DNA of 64,000 bases from a virus (lineage: Duplodnaviria > Caudoviricetes), in the IMG/VR virus record IMGVR_UViG_3300010352_001202; one strand, 5' to 3'. Positions 8,881 through 17,152 of this stretch are shown one piece after another. Within the stretch, counting starts at the first letter, position 1; each line of letters begins with the position of its first letter. The notes below the pieces were generated by a model. It was given only the letters and a program-made list of their open reading frames with translations, had not been told where the DNA came from and made no database searches. Both the position numbers and the translations under genes were made by a program.

Positions 8881-8953
8881 ATGTTTATGGTGCAGTGGCA
8901 GCACTCCCTCCTTCCCAGAGGGCGACCGGGGTTCGAATCCCTGTAAACTTCTA
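8881..8953 (+). tRNA. tRNA-Gly(TCC), degenerate acceptor stem
   Basis: CCCTC-CTTCCCA-GAGGG; weak acceptor, no CCA. Confidence 0.55.
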
Positions 8954-9052
8954 TAAAACAAATGTAGAGTATTGTGTGGCCACACAATACCTAAGCAGGA
9001 GTATAGCAAGTTCCAAGGGGGAATCGTTTGCATCCTACTCCGAATCTATTAT

Positions 9053-9126
9053 GAGTCATAAGTGTTACGGTAGCACATCAGTCTCCAAAACTGAGGGCCG
9101 GGGTTCGACTCCCTGACGACTCGCCA
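9053..9126 (+). tRNA. tRNA-Trp(CCA)
   Basis: TCAGT-CTCCAAA-ACTGA. Confidence 0.9.
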
Positions 9127-9176
9127 ACAATCCGACTTTAGCTGATGTGGTCATAGCGCCTGTCATAAATATAATT

Positions 9177-9833
9177 ATGAACTATCGGCAATTTAGTAAT
9201 AAATGGATATGTAATCTTTGTGAGCGATCGTTCTCTAGCAGACAGGCCACTACATCTCATATCTACAGGGCACATACCGAGCCCGGCGTCTCGCTTGGCG
9301 GCCATAAAAAAGGCAAACCCGCATGGAACAAAGGGCTTTCTAAGGAAACAGATGCAAGGGTGGCCGAAAATGCTATTGCGGTTTCCTTAGCAACTAAGGG
9401 TCGTCCGGGACATCCGCAAACAGAGGAATCCAAAAGAAAGATAAGTCTATCTAAGTCTATCAATAATAAGGGCGGCAGATGTAAATGGTTTGAGATTGCC
9501 GGCCAGAAAGTTCAGGGGACTTGGGAACGAGATATTACACTAAAGTTTGAAGAACTTAATATCAAATGGCAGAAGCTAAAAACAAATCAACATACATTTG
9601 ATTATGTAATGGATTCTAAAACAAGATGTTATACACCGGATTTTTATCTTCCGCAATACGGCATATACCTAGAAATAAAAGGTCGCTGGTGGGGTAGAGA
9701 TAGAGAAAAAATGGATATTGTTATGAAAACATATCCTGATAAAAAGATTGTTATTATAGAAAAACAAGATTATGAAAAGATTTTGCGAGGTGAGCTAGTG
9801 TGGTCATTCCAGCGGCTGCCTGAAGAGCAGTAG
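9177..9833 (+). CDS. Homing endonuclease (zinc finger, NUMOD3-like, PD-(D/E)XK)
   Basis: CxxC..H..H, PAWNKG, YTPDFYLP...LEIKG. Confidence 0.85.
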   Translation: MNYRQFSNKWICNLCERSFSSRQATTSHIYRAHTEPGVSLGGHKKGKPAWNKGLSKETDARVAENAIAVSLATKGRPGHPQTEESKRKISLSKSINNKGGRCKWFEIAGQKVQGTWERDITLKFEELNIKWQKLKTNQHTFDYVMDSKTRCYTPDFYLPQYGIYLEIKGRWWGRDREKMDIVMKTYPDKKIVIIEKQDYEKILRGELVWSFQRLPEEQ

Positions 9834-9863
9834 AACCAGGTTCGATTCCTGGACCTCGCACCA
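9785..9863 (+). tRNA. tRNA-Phe(GAA)
   Basis: GCTGC-CTGAAGA-GCAGT, ACCA. Confidence 0.85.
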
Positions 9864-9943
9864 ACATATTGTTCGATTCCTGGAGGTCGGGCCAGGTTTA
9901 CTCTTCCTCGAGATAAATAAAAGTATAATCTCGGAGAGAAAAC

Positions 9944-10864
9944 ATGAACATTATCAAAAGTGTTTCTATCATTTTAGTTTCAGTAGTTGCGTTAGCTGGT
10001 TGTGCTTCAACACATGATTACCAGATGTATGCGCAAGGACAGGCACAAATCGAAGCAGCAAAGTATGCTGCCGAAGCAGCTCGCTTCAAGGCAATGTCAG
10101 ATATTGCAGCAAGCGGCGATCCAACAGCAAAGGTGGCAGCAGTAGTTGCCCTAGCAATGACAGGCAATGGTTCTGGCGGTAATTCGGGTAATGCAGCTCA
10201 ACTAAGAGCCCCCGAAGCACCTGGACAAACAGCACTTGCGTGGGCAAGCATCTTTGTTCCTGCATTGACACAAGGCTATAGCATCTATTCCAACACAAGA
10301 CTTGGAATGGCACAGAGCAACAACAATGCTCGCGTAGCAGAAAGCACAAACGGTGCATTCCTTGGAATGGCTGGACAAATTCAATCAACAGCAACAAGTG
10401 GTAACGCCGCTCTTGCACAGTTAGGAACATCGAGCAATACTGCTATTACAGCGGTTGCTGGTGCAGGAACACAGGCGCTAACTTCGCTTGCAACTTCGAG
10501 CAACCAGTCGCTTGTATCGCTATCAAGCTTAATTCAAGCACCGCAACCTAATGTAAGTTATACATTGAGCGGTACTGGTGTTCTAGGTAACGGAACATAT
10601 ACAACCACAGCTAACTCGTTAGGTGGCAATGGTGTAATTGGTTCTGGTTCATATAGCACACAACAGAATCCAGTACTGAGCGGAACTGGTGTTATTGGTA
10701 GTGGAACACATAATCCATCTACAGTAACAACACCTGCTCCTGTAGTTATTACTCCTGTTGTAACAACACCACCTGTTGTTATTACACCAGTAAACAATGT
10801 TACTCCAGTAGTTATTACTCCTGTGGTTGTAACACCGCCAGCAGCGGCTGCATCAGCACCGTAA
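9944..10864 (+). CDS. Lipoprotein with Pro/Val/Thr-rich tail
   Basis: Lipobox LAGC; G.GVIGSG and PVVIT repeats. Confidence 0.75.
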   Translation: MNIIKSVSIILVSVVALAGCASTHDYQMYAQGQAQIEAAKYAAEAARFKAMSDIAASGDPTAKVAAVVALAMTGNGSGGNSGNAAQLRAPEAPGQTALAWASIFVPALTQGYSIYSNTRLGMAQSNNNARVAESTNGAFLGMAGQIQSTATSGNAALAQLGTSSNTAITAVAGAGTQALTSLATSSNQSLVSLSSLIQAPQPNVSYTLSGTGVLGNGTYTTTANSLGGNGVIGSGSYSTQQNPVLSGTGVIGSGTHNPSTVTTPAPVVITPVVTTPPVVITPVNNVTPVVITPVVVTPPAAAASAP

Positions 10865-10916
10865 GTTGGTTTAGTATTTTCACATAGTAGGTGCTCTTGC
10901 ACCTACTTTCATTTAT

Positions 10917-10993
10917 GCCCCCGTACGCTAATTGGTAGTGCGGATTGATTTAGAATCAGTTGGTTGGGAGTTCGAATCTGCCCGGGGGTACCA
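10917..10993 (+). tRNA. tRNA-Leu(TAG), short V arm
   Basis: ATTGA-TTTAGAA-TCAGT. Confidence 0.85.
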
Positions 10994-10999
10994 AGTTTA

Positions 11000-11102
11000 A
11001 GGGATGGTTGCAGCAAACAAAAATTACTCTTACCATAATCAAGAGGCCGGCCCGCTGGGGGTGTGTCGTGGGTTCGAGTCCCGGCTTAGACACCTCATCC
11101 CG
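11000..11102 (+). ncRNA. CAGCAA-family RNA with T-loop and CAU-containing hairpin
   Basis: GGGATG/CATCCC-G, TTGCAGCAA, CTCTT-ACCATAATC-AAGAG, GGGTTCGAGTCCC. Confidence 0.7.
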
Positions 11103-11118
11103 ATTTTATTTGACCGTT

Positions 11119-11235
11119 AGGTTCGTTTCAGCAAACAATATAATTCATCTTCAAAATGAAAGATCTGGGTTCGAATCCCAGCAGTAGGGTTGGTCACTAC
11201 TGTCGTCTAATGGATAGGATATAAATACGAACCTG
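11119..11235 (+). ncRNA. CAGCAA-family RNA with permuted tRNA domain and UCA anticodon loop
   Basis: AGGTTCG/CGAACCT-G; TTCAT-CTTCAAA-ATGAA; T arm; loop-closed acceptor CAGTAG/CTACTG; D arm. Confidence 0.8.
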
Positions 11236-11248
11236 TTTTTAATTCAAT

Positions 11249-11322
11249 GGTGTTAGTAGTGTAGTGGTAGCAAGCTTGTCTGTGAAACAAGAAGCGAGGG
11301 TTCGATTCCCCCTTTCACCCCA
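11249..11322 (+). tRNA. tRNA-His(GTG)
   Basis: G-1, CTTGT-CTGTGAA-ACAAG, CCCA. Confidence 0.88.
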
Positions 11323-11329
11323 ATAGTTT

Positions 11330-11526
11330 GGTTGTTTAGCTCAGACGAGAGCACGGAAGAAACCTCTTAACAATGTTGGTCTCCGGGGTCGCAGAAGTAA
11401 TGCCCTGCAACAGCCACCAAATCGATACCGTCGTCATTATCCGGAGCAAATCCTTCCGGGTTCTAAATGAACAAGGCGCCTAGATGCTGGCGTATATTAC
11501 AGGTTAGATTCCTGTCGGCGATGCCA
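11330..11526 (+). ncRNA. Two atypical CCA-ended tRNA-like RNAs (11330-11419, 11430-11526)
   Basis: GGTTGTT/AACAGCC-ACCA with elongated anticodon arm; the second has four hairpins, T-arm ACAGGTTAGATTCCTGT, GCCA. Confidence 0.55.
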
Positions 11527-11666
11527 GTTGCTTTCCTGTAGTGGCTGTCTTATAATAAATACAGATATATAACTATGCGAGCGTCCTTCCGCTTATCTAC
11601 AATGCTCTAAGGTGCCGCAGCGGAAATGCGGTGAAAATTTGTCGTTATTTCTATCTAAAGAACAAT

Positions 11667-11743
11667 GTGCGTGTGACCCGAATTGGCGAGGGAACAGATT
11701 GCAACCCTGTTATATGTAGGTTCAAGTCCTATCACGCACTCCA
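11667..11743 (+). tRNA. tRNA-Cys(GCA)
   Basis: Loop TTGCAAC, TCCA. Confidence 0.88.
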
Positions 11744-11753
11744 AAATTTGATA

Positions 11754-11920
11754 CATTCTACAACGGGTTGCAGAGAGTGCAACATTATCAAACCGCTGTG
11801 GAGGCGTTGGCAGCCCACTATACTCGGAGAGCCATATTCGAGTGTTTAGTCCTTTAATGGATGAGGCCCTCGGCACCCTGTCGGTCTGGTGGAGGCAGGA
11901 TAGAAGCTAACTGTAGAATG
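11754..11920 (+). ncRNA. Unassigned multi-hairpin RNA
   Basis: Closing CATTCTACA/TGTAGAATG; internal GTTGCA/TGCAAC, ACTCG/CGAGT. Confidence 0.45.
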
Positions 11921-11931
11921 AACTATTCAAT

Positions 11932-12008
11932 GCCCCCGTACGCTAATTGGTAGTGCGGTCTGATTCAAAATCATATGGTTGTAGGTTCGAATCCAACCGG
12001 GGGTACCA
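11932..12008 (+). tRNA. tRNA-Leu(CAA), short V arm
   Basis: Loop TTCAAAA; same body as 10917. Confidence 0.85.
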
Positions 12009-12030
12009 AAAATATTACGATAAATATAGG

Positions 12031-12723
12031 ATGATCCTAAATTTAGCAAACGGTAATCTAAGCACGGTATTAGACTTTTCTATACCTACCACACTTCCCG
12101 AAGTAGGAAGTATTAACAACATATCTGTATTTTCGTCCGGCGGACTTGATTCGGGTGCATTGTTATGTTTGATAATGTCGGAACTTAAGGCAACAGGTCA
12201 GCTCGACACATTACCGGTAACCTGCTACACAGGTATAAAATACGACGGTGCAACATATTATGCATCGCGTCTGGTATCAAAGATAGCAGAACATTTTTCG
12301 TGTAACATTATTCATAACAACAATGTCGAAAACGATGTTGTAGAGACAGGCCGATTCAGATTTATTGCATCAACTGAACCCAATACCGTTGTGTATGCAG
12401 GTATCAGTCGAATGGTGCCAGAATCGGTAAAAGAATTTAAGAATAAGCTAAAGGTAAAGTATCCAAACGAATTTGGAAAATACAAGTTTCCTTTTTTGAA
12501 TATGGCAAAGCCACAGATACTAGATATCTATTATAAGCTTGGTTGTGAAGACATTATACAATACACGCATTCGTGTGTAAATTTAGCTGTAAGTAAATGC
12601 AATAATTGCTATTCATGCGAAGAGCGAGCCTGGGCATTTACAGAGTTAATGAAATCTGATACAGGGACTGTGCCACCGGATGTAGTAGACATATCCTACA
12701 ACGGCACTTGGCAAGTTTCGTAA
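12031..12723 (+). CDS. QueC-like PP-loop ATPase
   Basis: SGGLDS, PFLNMAK, THSC...CNNCYSCEER. Confidence 0.75.
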   Translation: MILNLANGNLSTVLDFSIPTTLPEVGSINNISVFSSGGLDSGALLCLIMSELKATGQLDTLPVTCYTGIKYDGATYYASRLVSKIAEHFSCNIIHNNNVENDVVETGRFRFIASTEPNTVVYAGISRMVPESVKEFKNKLKVKYPNEFGKYKFPFLNMAKPQILDIYYKLGCEDIIQYTHSCVNLAVSKCNNCYSCEERAWAFTELMKSDTGTVPPDVVDISYNGTWQVS

Positions 12724-12726
12724 CAT

Positions 12727-12952
12727 GGGATCTGTGTCCTGCTCGGCCCTAGGCGCATATGCTGAGAAAGGCTTGGAGTAAGCCGTATAGGCCGGCGGGT
12801 TCGAACCCCGTAGGTTCCACCAAAGTCAATGGGCCCATAGAAGTCACTATTCTATACACCTTTAGGTCCACCAAATATCGGGCCGCAAAATGCTTGCAAA
12901 CTAAAACTTTTCGGCAGAATTACACCAGGGTCGCGCCCTGGGCGGTCCACCA
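12727..12952 (+). ncRNA. Three tRNA-like RNAs with G3.U70 Ala acceptor stems (12727-12822, 12831-12873, 12880-12952)
   Basis: All start GGG and end TCC-ACCA; D and/or anticodon arms non-canonical or missing. Confidence 0.6.
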
Positions 12953-12995
12953 ATAATAGTCTGCGTATGATAAGCAAAGAACAGACCTACTTTAC

Positions 12996-13071
12996 GCCGA
13001 TGTAGCTCAGTGGGTAGAGCGGCAGCCTGAAAAGTTGCGCGTCACTGGTTCGATTCCAGTCTTCGGCACCA
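12996..13071 (+). tRNA. tRNA-Phe(GAA)
   Basis: Canonical cloverleaf, loop CTGAAAA. Confidence 0.93.
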
Positions 13072-13097
13072 ATCACTAAGACATAGTCTTATAAAAC

Positions 13098-13168
13098 GCA
13101 ATAGTAGCTTCAAGGGTAGAGCGCAACCGCAAAGGCGAGGTTATAGGTTCGAGTCCTGTCTATTGTAG
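13098..13168 (+). ncRNA. tRNA-like RNA with collapsed anticodon arm
   Basis: GCAATAG/CTATTGT, intact D and T arms, only CC-GCAAA-GG between them. Confidence 0.55.
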
Positions 13169-13177
13169 AAAATTTAT

Positions 13178-13254
13178 GCCCGGAGAGCGCAGCTGGCGAA
13201 GCCATCCTCCTTACAAGTGGAAATTGTAGAGTTCGATTCTCTATCCGGGTACCA
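13178..13254 (+). tRNA. tRNA-Val(TAC)
   Basis: Loop CTTACAA, ACCA. Confidence 0.8.
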
Positions 13255-13258
13255 TATT

Positions 13259-13351
13259 GGGTGATGATGCAGAGCGGCCTCTGTCCCTGTCTTGAAAACA
13301 GATGTATCGATGATGAGTCGGTAGGCGATCGACACGACCCCTCACCCGCCA
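13259..13351 (+). tRNA. tRNA-Ser(TGA), atypical T arm
   Basis: CTGT-CTTGAAA-ACAG, long V arm, GCCA. Confidence 0.65.
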
Positions 13352-13361
13352 TAAATATAAT

Positions 13362-13703
13362 ATGTTCAGCGTATTTTTCAAACTTTATAACCGTCCTGGC
13401 ACAAATGTTCCTGTAGGATTTCGTACAGGCCATACCGATATACCGTATAAAGTTTTGTTCAGGACGAAGGGCATAACGGTTGATAGAATCTTTATACCTG
13501 CTAGTGCTATAATAGAGTACAGCGGCATGTATCAAGGAGATATTAAGCCGGGATCAGAAGAATGTAGATTTCAAATGGGCAATCCGGACTACCAATATAA
13601 GTTGTATTTGGTAGCAGATAACATGTCAGAAGCCCAAGCAGCACATTTTTCAAAAACATTATCGGAGAAGCTTAGTTCTTCTCAATTATTCATGCGTGCT
13701 TAG
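13362..13703 (+). CDS. Hypothetical protein
   Basis: ORF after ATAAATA motif. Confidence 0.55.
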   Translation: MFSVFFKLYNRPGTNVPVGFRTGHTDIPYKVLFRTKGITVDRIFIPASAIIEYSGMYQGDIKPGSEECRFQMGNPDYQYKLYLVADNMSEAQAAHFSKTLSEKLSSSQLFMRA

Positions 13704-13767
13704 TTAAATGGTATAATTATTGGTTGCCATCCAGTAGTCAGGAGTTCGATTCTCCTAGCCCGCACCA
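13694..13767 (+). tRNA. tRNA-Gly(GCC)
   Basis: ATTGG-TTGCCAT-CCAGT. Confidence 0.85.
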
Positions 13768-13776
13768 AGTTTCTAA

Positions 13777-13832
13777 AGGTTACATTCAGCAAACAAAACT
13801 AACTTTCAATTGGTGAAAAAAACTGTAACCTG
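13777..13832 (+). ncRNA. CAGCAA-family RNA
   Basis: AGGTTAC/GTAACCT-G, ATTCAGCAA, TTTCA-ATTGG-TGAAA. Confidence 0.75.
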
Positions 13833-13838
13833 AATTAT

Positions 13839-13914
13839 CGCGTAGTGGCAGAGCGGCTAGAGCGCCTCCCTCATAAGGATGAATACACTGGTTCGAATCC
13901 AGTCTACGCGACCA
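13839..13914 (+). tRNA. tRNA-Met(CAT)
   Basis: Loop CTCATAA, ACCA. Confidence 0.85.
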
Positions 13915-14004
13915 CAGAATTATTGACTCTCAGTGTTTATACTTAGTAAAATTGTGCGGTCGCAGCAATTTTGCTAAATACTTATACAACACACTGGGAA
14001 AATC

Positions 14005-14178
14005 ATGTTAAAGCAAATTATTGAATTCATTAGAGACATTTTCAGATCACAAAGTATGTACGATAGCCTCGATGCATACATTACTGCTCATAATCCGCAG
14101 AACGCCGGCGATGTGGATCGCCTAGAAAAAGAATTCTATCAGCGCCGTTCGATTTCGGCATTTGAAAAATACTATTAA
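14005..14178 (+). CDS. Small protein (57 aa)
   Basis: MLKQIIEFIRDIF...DAYITAHNPQNAGDVDRLEKEF; RBS GGGA. Confidence 0.6.
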   Translation: MLKQIIEFIRDIFRSQSMYDSLDAYITAHNPQNAGDVDRLEKEFYQRRSISAFEKYY

Positions 14179-14179
14179 T

Positions 14180-14250
14180 CTCACCGCTAATGGATTAGCG
14201 CCGTCGCTACGAACGATGGCTAGGGGGTTCGAATCCCTCCGGTGGGTCCA
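14180..14250 (+). tRNA. tRNA-Arg(ACG), short D arm
   Basis: CGTCG-CTACGAA-CGATG. Confidence 0.75.
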
Positions 14251-14255
14251 TTTAT

Positions 14256-14332
14256 ATCTCCATCGTCTAGTGGCTATAGGACGCTTGCCCCTCAAGCAGG
14301 AAAGTCGGGTTCGAATCCCGATGGGGATGCCA
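14256..14332 (+). tRNA. tRNA-Glu(CTC), C33
   Basis: CTTGC-CCCTCAA-GCAGG. Confidence 0.85.
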
Positions 14333-14339
14333 AATCAGT

Positions 14340-14420
14340 TGGGAGTAAAGTCCGAAGTGGCCCGAGGCGTCTGCCTTTGAAGCAGAAATTTAGCTGGTTC
14401 GAGTCCAGCACTCCCTGCCA
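14340..14420 (+). tRNA. tRNA-Gln(TTG)
   Basis: TCTGC-CTTTGAA-GCAGA. Confidence 0.85.
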
Positions 14421-14428
14421 ATTACAAT

Positions 14429-14505
14429 GTGCCTATCGTCTATCGGTTTAGGACGACACCCTTTCACGGTGTAAAGCGGGGTTCGATTCCTTCTTGGGAT
14501 TACAG
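14429..14505 (+). tRNA. tRNA-Glu(TTC), mismatched acceptor (possible pseudogene)
   Basis: ACACC-CTTTCAC-GGTGT; poor acceptor pairing. Confidence 0.55.
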
Positions 14506-14510
14506 AATAT

Positions 14511-14602
14511 GGATGGCGGGCAGTGCGGCAAATGCAACACCCTGCTAAGGTGTAGGCTTGTGATGAACAGGCCGCTGGGTTCGACTCCCAGGCCATCCTC
14601 CA
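14511..14602 (+). tRNA. tRNA-Ser(GCT)
   Basis: Loop CTGCTAA, long V arm. Confidence 0.88.
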
Positions 14603-14608
14603 GAGATT

Positions 14609-14929
14609 ATGATAGAATTTACAATAGACAAAGTATATCTAACGTCGTTGACAGTTAGGACTGAATATAAATCAAAGTTTGAGAACACCGAAGAAGGTCT
14701 TGTCGAAGCTTTGAAATATGCCGGTACCTGTTTTATGACAAGTTCAATTGATCATCCTGAGTTTACTAAACTTAGGGAACAGTTGGGCGCCGAGGGATAC
14801 ATTAGCATTCAGCGCGGTTGGTGGAACGGCGATGCTGTTCTTAAACCTTTTAAACTAAACGGTAAGAAGTTTAAGAAAGGTAATCAATTTCCGTCAGCTT
14901 GTGCTATTAAGTGGGTTCTGGAGCATTAA
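14609..14929 (+). CDS. Hypothetical protein
   Basis: ORF track. Confidence 0.6.
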   Translation: MIEFTIDKVYLTSLTVRTEYKSKFENTEEGLVEALKYAGTCFMTSSIDHPEFTKLREQLGAEGYISIQRGWWNGDAVLKPFKLNGKKFKKGNQFPSACAIKWVLEH

Positions 14930-15086
14930 ATGACAAGTAGAACTATCGATATTCATTGTGAAGCATGTAGAAAATATCTATTTTCGCTTCAGCCCAATGA
15001 TAGTAAAGGTCTAGCAAAGGATTATTACTGTAAGGCTAAGACTTGCCAGATGCAGGCAACTGTAGATAAGCTAAAGAAAGAACCAG

Positions 15087-15398
15087 ATGTCAAATGATAC
15101 AGCGGACAAGATAAAGAATTATGTCGATCACATTGATGATCACATAGCAATGGCGCTTAACCTAGCACAACAGATGCAGGCAGTGGTCCTAGAGACCGAA
15201 GGCGACAGTGATTTGAACCGTAAATTGGCGTTTTACCTAATCCCGAACCTAACACATTGGGTCGCGGGAGCCCAGGCGGGCAATATGAAGGATTTAAAGG
15301 AAACATTAGCAAGGCGACTTGCTACTCAGGAGAGCAATATGTTACAATCGCAGCAAGGCGAAGGACACGACGTCCTAACTAAACCTTCGAAAACCTGA
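15087..15398 (+). CDS. Hypothetical protein
   Basis: ORF track. Confidence 0.6.
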   Translation: MSNDTADKIKNYVDHIDDHIAMALNLAQQMQAVVLETEGDSDLNRKLAFYLIPNLTHWVAGAQAGNMKDLKETLARRLATQESNMLQSQQGEGHDVLTKPSKT

Positions 15399-15402
15399 CA
15401 AG

Positions 15403-15476
15403 GGGCTCGAAGCTTTAAGGTGAAGCATCGGACTTTTAATCCGATGAAGAGGGGTCAGTACCCTCCGGGCCTACCA
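15403..15476 (+). tRNA. tRNA-Lys(TTT)
   Basis: TCGGA-CTTTTAA-TCCGA. Confidence 0.85.
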
Positions 15477-15486
15477 ATTTTACATT

Positions 15487-15560
15487 GGGGGCATGACGTA
15501 GTGGTAGCGTCTCTGGCTTTTACCCAGATGGCCACAGTTCGATTCTGTGTGCCCCTACCA
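15487..15560 (+). tRNA. tRNA-Lys(TTT), variant loop
   Basis: TCTGG-CTTTTAC-CCAGA. Confidence 0.85.
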
Positions 15561-15568
15561 AAATTTAT

Positions 15569-15994
15569 ATGTATAAGAATAGTAAGAAACAAGGCGATGC
15601 CGGATTAGGACAAGCAATAGCATATTTCACTAAACTGGGATATGAAGTTGCAATTCCGCTAACCGACAGTGCCGATTGGGATCTTATTGTTGAGATTGAT
15701 AGTGCGTTGAAGAAGATACAGGTCAAGACAAGTTCTCAAATAAGAGAAGGCGTCGAGATTTTTCAGGCCGATGTTAAGGGTGGAAATAAAACTTCTTCAA
15801 CAAAGAAGAGTATACAGGAACAAGATTGGGATTTAATATTTCTTCATCATCTTGTTACTGGAAAGCAGGCTCTTATTCCCAAAACTGCATTGACCACAAA
15901 AGGTCAAATTAATCTTGGGAATAAGTATCAGCAGTATTTCATTGGGGATGTAGTCCTGTATGGAGCAGGGGGAGACTGTAAATCTCTTGCCTAA
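15569..15994 (+). CDS. PD-(D/E)XK homing endonuclease
   Basis: GYEVAIPLTD..DWDLIVE.....KIQVKT. Confidence 0.85.
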   Translation: MYKNSKKQGDAGLGQAIAYFTKLGYEVAIPLTDSADWDLIVEIDSALKKIQVKTSSQIREGVEIFQADVKGGNKTSSTKKSIQEQDWDLIFLHHLVTGKQALIPKTALTTKGQINLGNKYQQYFIGDVVLYGAGGDCKSLA

Positions 15995-16029
15995 CGGCCC
16001 AGTTGGTTCGATTCCAGCTATCCCCACCA
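15944..16029 (+). tRNA. tRNA-Tyr(GTA)
   Basis: GAGA-CTGTAAA-TCTC, long V arm. Confidence 0.88.
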
Positions 16030-16038
16030 AGTTTCTAA

Positions 16039-16101
16039 AGAGTGCTTCCAGCAAACACAAAAATTTCAAAACCATTATCTTTGAAAAGAAAAAGCATTCT
16101 G
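16039..16101 (+). ncRNA. CAGCAA-family RNA
   Basis: AGAGTGC/GCATTCT-G, TTCCAGCAA, TTTCAAA-ACCATTATC-TTTGAAA. Confidence 0.75.
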
Positions 16102-16285
16102 AATATATTATGGACGACGAACTAAAACAACTTGTCAAAGAATTCTTCCGTATCTTAGATATTGTAGAAGAAACAGACGAAGGTAGAGAGTTTCGTCCTA
16201 CCAACATTTATTCATCTAGGGCATTAGATGGAGCAAAGCTCAATACAGTGCTTTCTAAGATGAAAGAAATTGTAAAGGATTAATC

Positions 16286-16669
16286 ATGGCACACAAGATA
16301 GCAATCATAACATCGAGAGATTTCTATTCAGGCGATTACGACGAAACTCATTCAAGTATCATCGAGAGCATCACTGAATGGGAAGAAGTAACCGACGACG
16401 AATATAAGACACTGCAATTTGCAGCACCGCGTCTAGGATTTACTATGCTCGAACAGCCGACTGAGCCAAAGAAATTCATTGCTAAGACCATCGCCGACTA
16501 TAAGGCTATTGCTAAGGCAGAAGCAGAGCGTGCAGCAGCCGACAAGCTAGCACGAGAGGAAGCAGCTCTTCAGCGCAAGTTTAAGAAAGAATTAAAGGAC
16601 AAGGCATCTAAGGAAAAGATGCTAGCAAAGCTTTCAGCAGAGCTTGGTGTCCAAATAGTTAAAGTCTAA
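16286..16669 (+). CDS. Hypothetical protein
   Basis: RBS AAGGA, ORF track. Confidence 0.65.
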   Translation: MAHKIAIITSRDFYSGDYDETHSSIIESITEWEEVTDDEYKTLQFAAPRLGFTMLEQPTEPKKFIAKTIADYKAIAKAEAERAAADKLAREEAALQRKFKKELKDKASKEKMLAKLSAELGVQIVKV

Positions 16670-17145
16670 GAAGCCAATCCGAGGGTTGGTGGTATGTCCG
16701 CGACTGTGAATCAAAGGGCCTGCTACATTATTAGACTATTTTGATTTTGATGTATAGGGTCATATGCAGCCTCGGGGCACCGAACTAGCTATTCGGAAAG
16801 CAATCGTTGCAAATTATGGAAAACCTTAGCCCGGCTAATCAACTACTGTGTTATTTGGGGGCATCTTGAATAACGCACGAGTTTCCAGGTGGAGTACACA
16901 TAATGCCAGCTGTCGGAGTGTACGAAAGTTGATTATACATCATTTTGAATCTTTGATATAGAGTGGGGCAGAGTGTAATAGCTGCTGCATAAGATACCCA
17001 TTACAGGAAGTCTACACGACATGAGAGTACGGAGGTAGCATCTTTCGTAACATGAGTCCAGGGTAGATAAGACCACTGCTATGGTCCTACCAAGGTAGAT
17101 TCTATATCATACCCGCATAAAATCCGGCCGGCACTTATGCGGTTT
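16670..17145 (+). ncRNA. Candidate large structured RNA (~470 nt)
   Basis: No ORF; long-range TGATGTATA/TATACATCA, TGATATAGA/TCTATATCA, CCGCATAA/TTATGCGG. Confidence 0.5.
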
Positions 17146-17152
17146 TAACATT

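Larger units (their letters stand above)
9132..9894 (+). mobile_element. Endonuclease + tRNA-Phe cassette inserted into a split tRNA gene
   Basis: 5' half CCGACTT..D arm..CCTGTC (9132-9164) pairs with 3' remnant AGGTCGG-GCCA (9871-9894). Confidence 0.75.

Noticed and set aside
9132-9894. Group I intron in the split tRNA
   Set aside because: No intron core is visible, the 3' anticodon strand is missing, and the insert contains a complete tRNA.
12031-12723. Calling this gene queC of a 7-deazaguanine DNA-modification pathway
   Set aside because: It is divergent, and no folE, queD, queE or dpdA is present in the window, so it is kept as QueC-like only.
4697-14596. Short ORFs overlapping tRNA genes on either strand (e.g. 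4697-4882, 5742-5930, 6092-6376, 14242-14451)
   Set aside because: They are translations of tRNA sequence (GSNP, GIEP patterns), not proteins.
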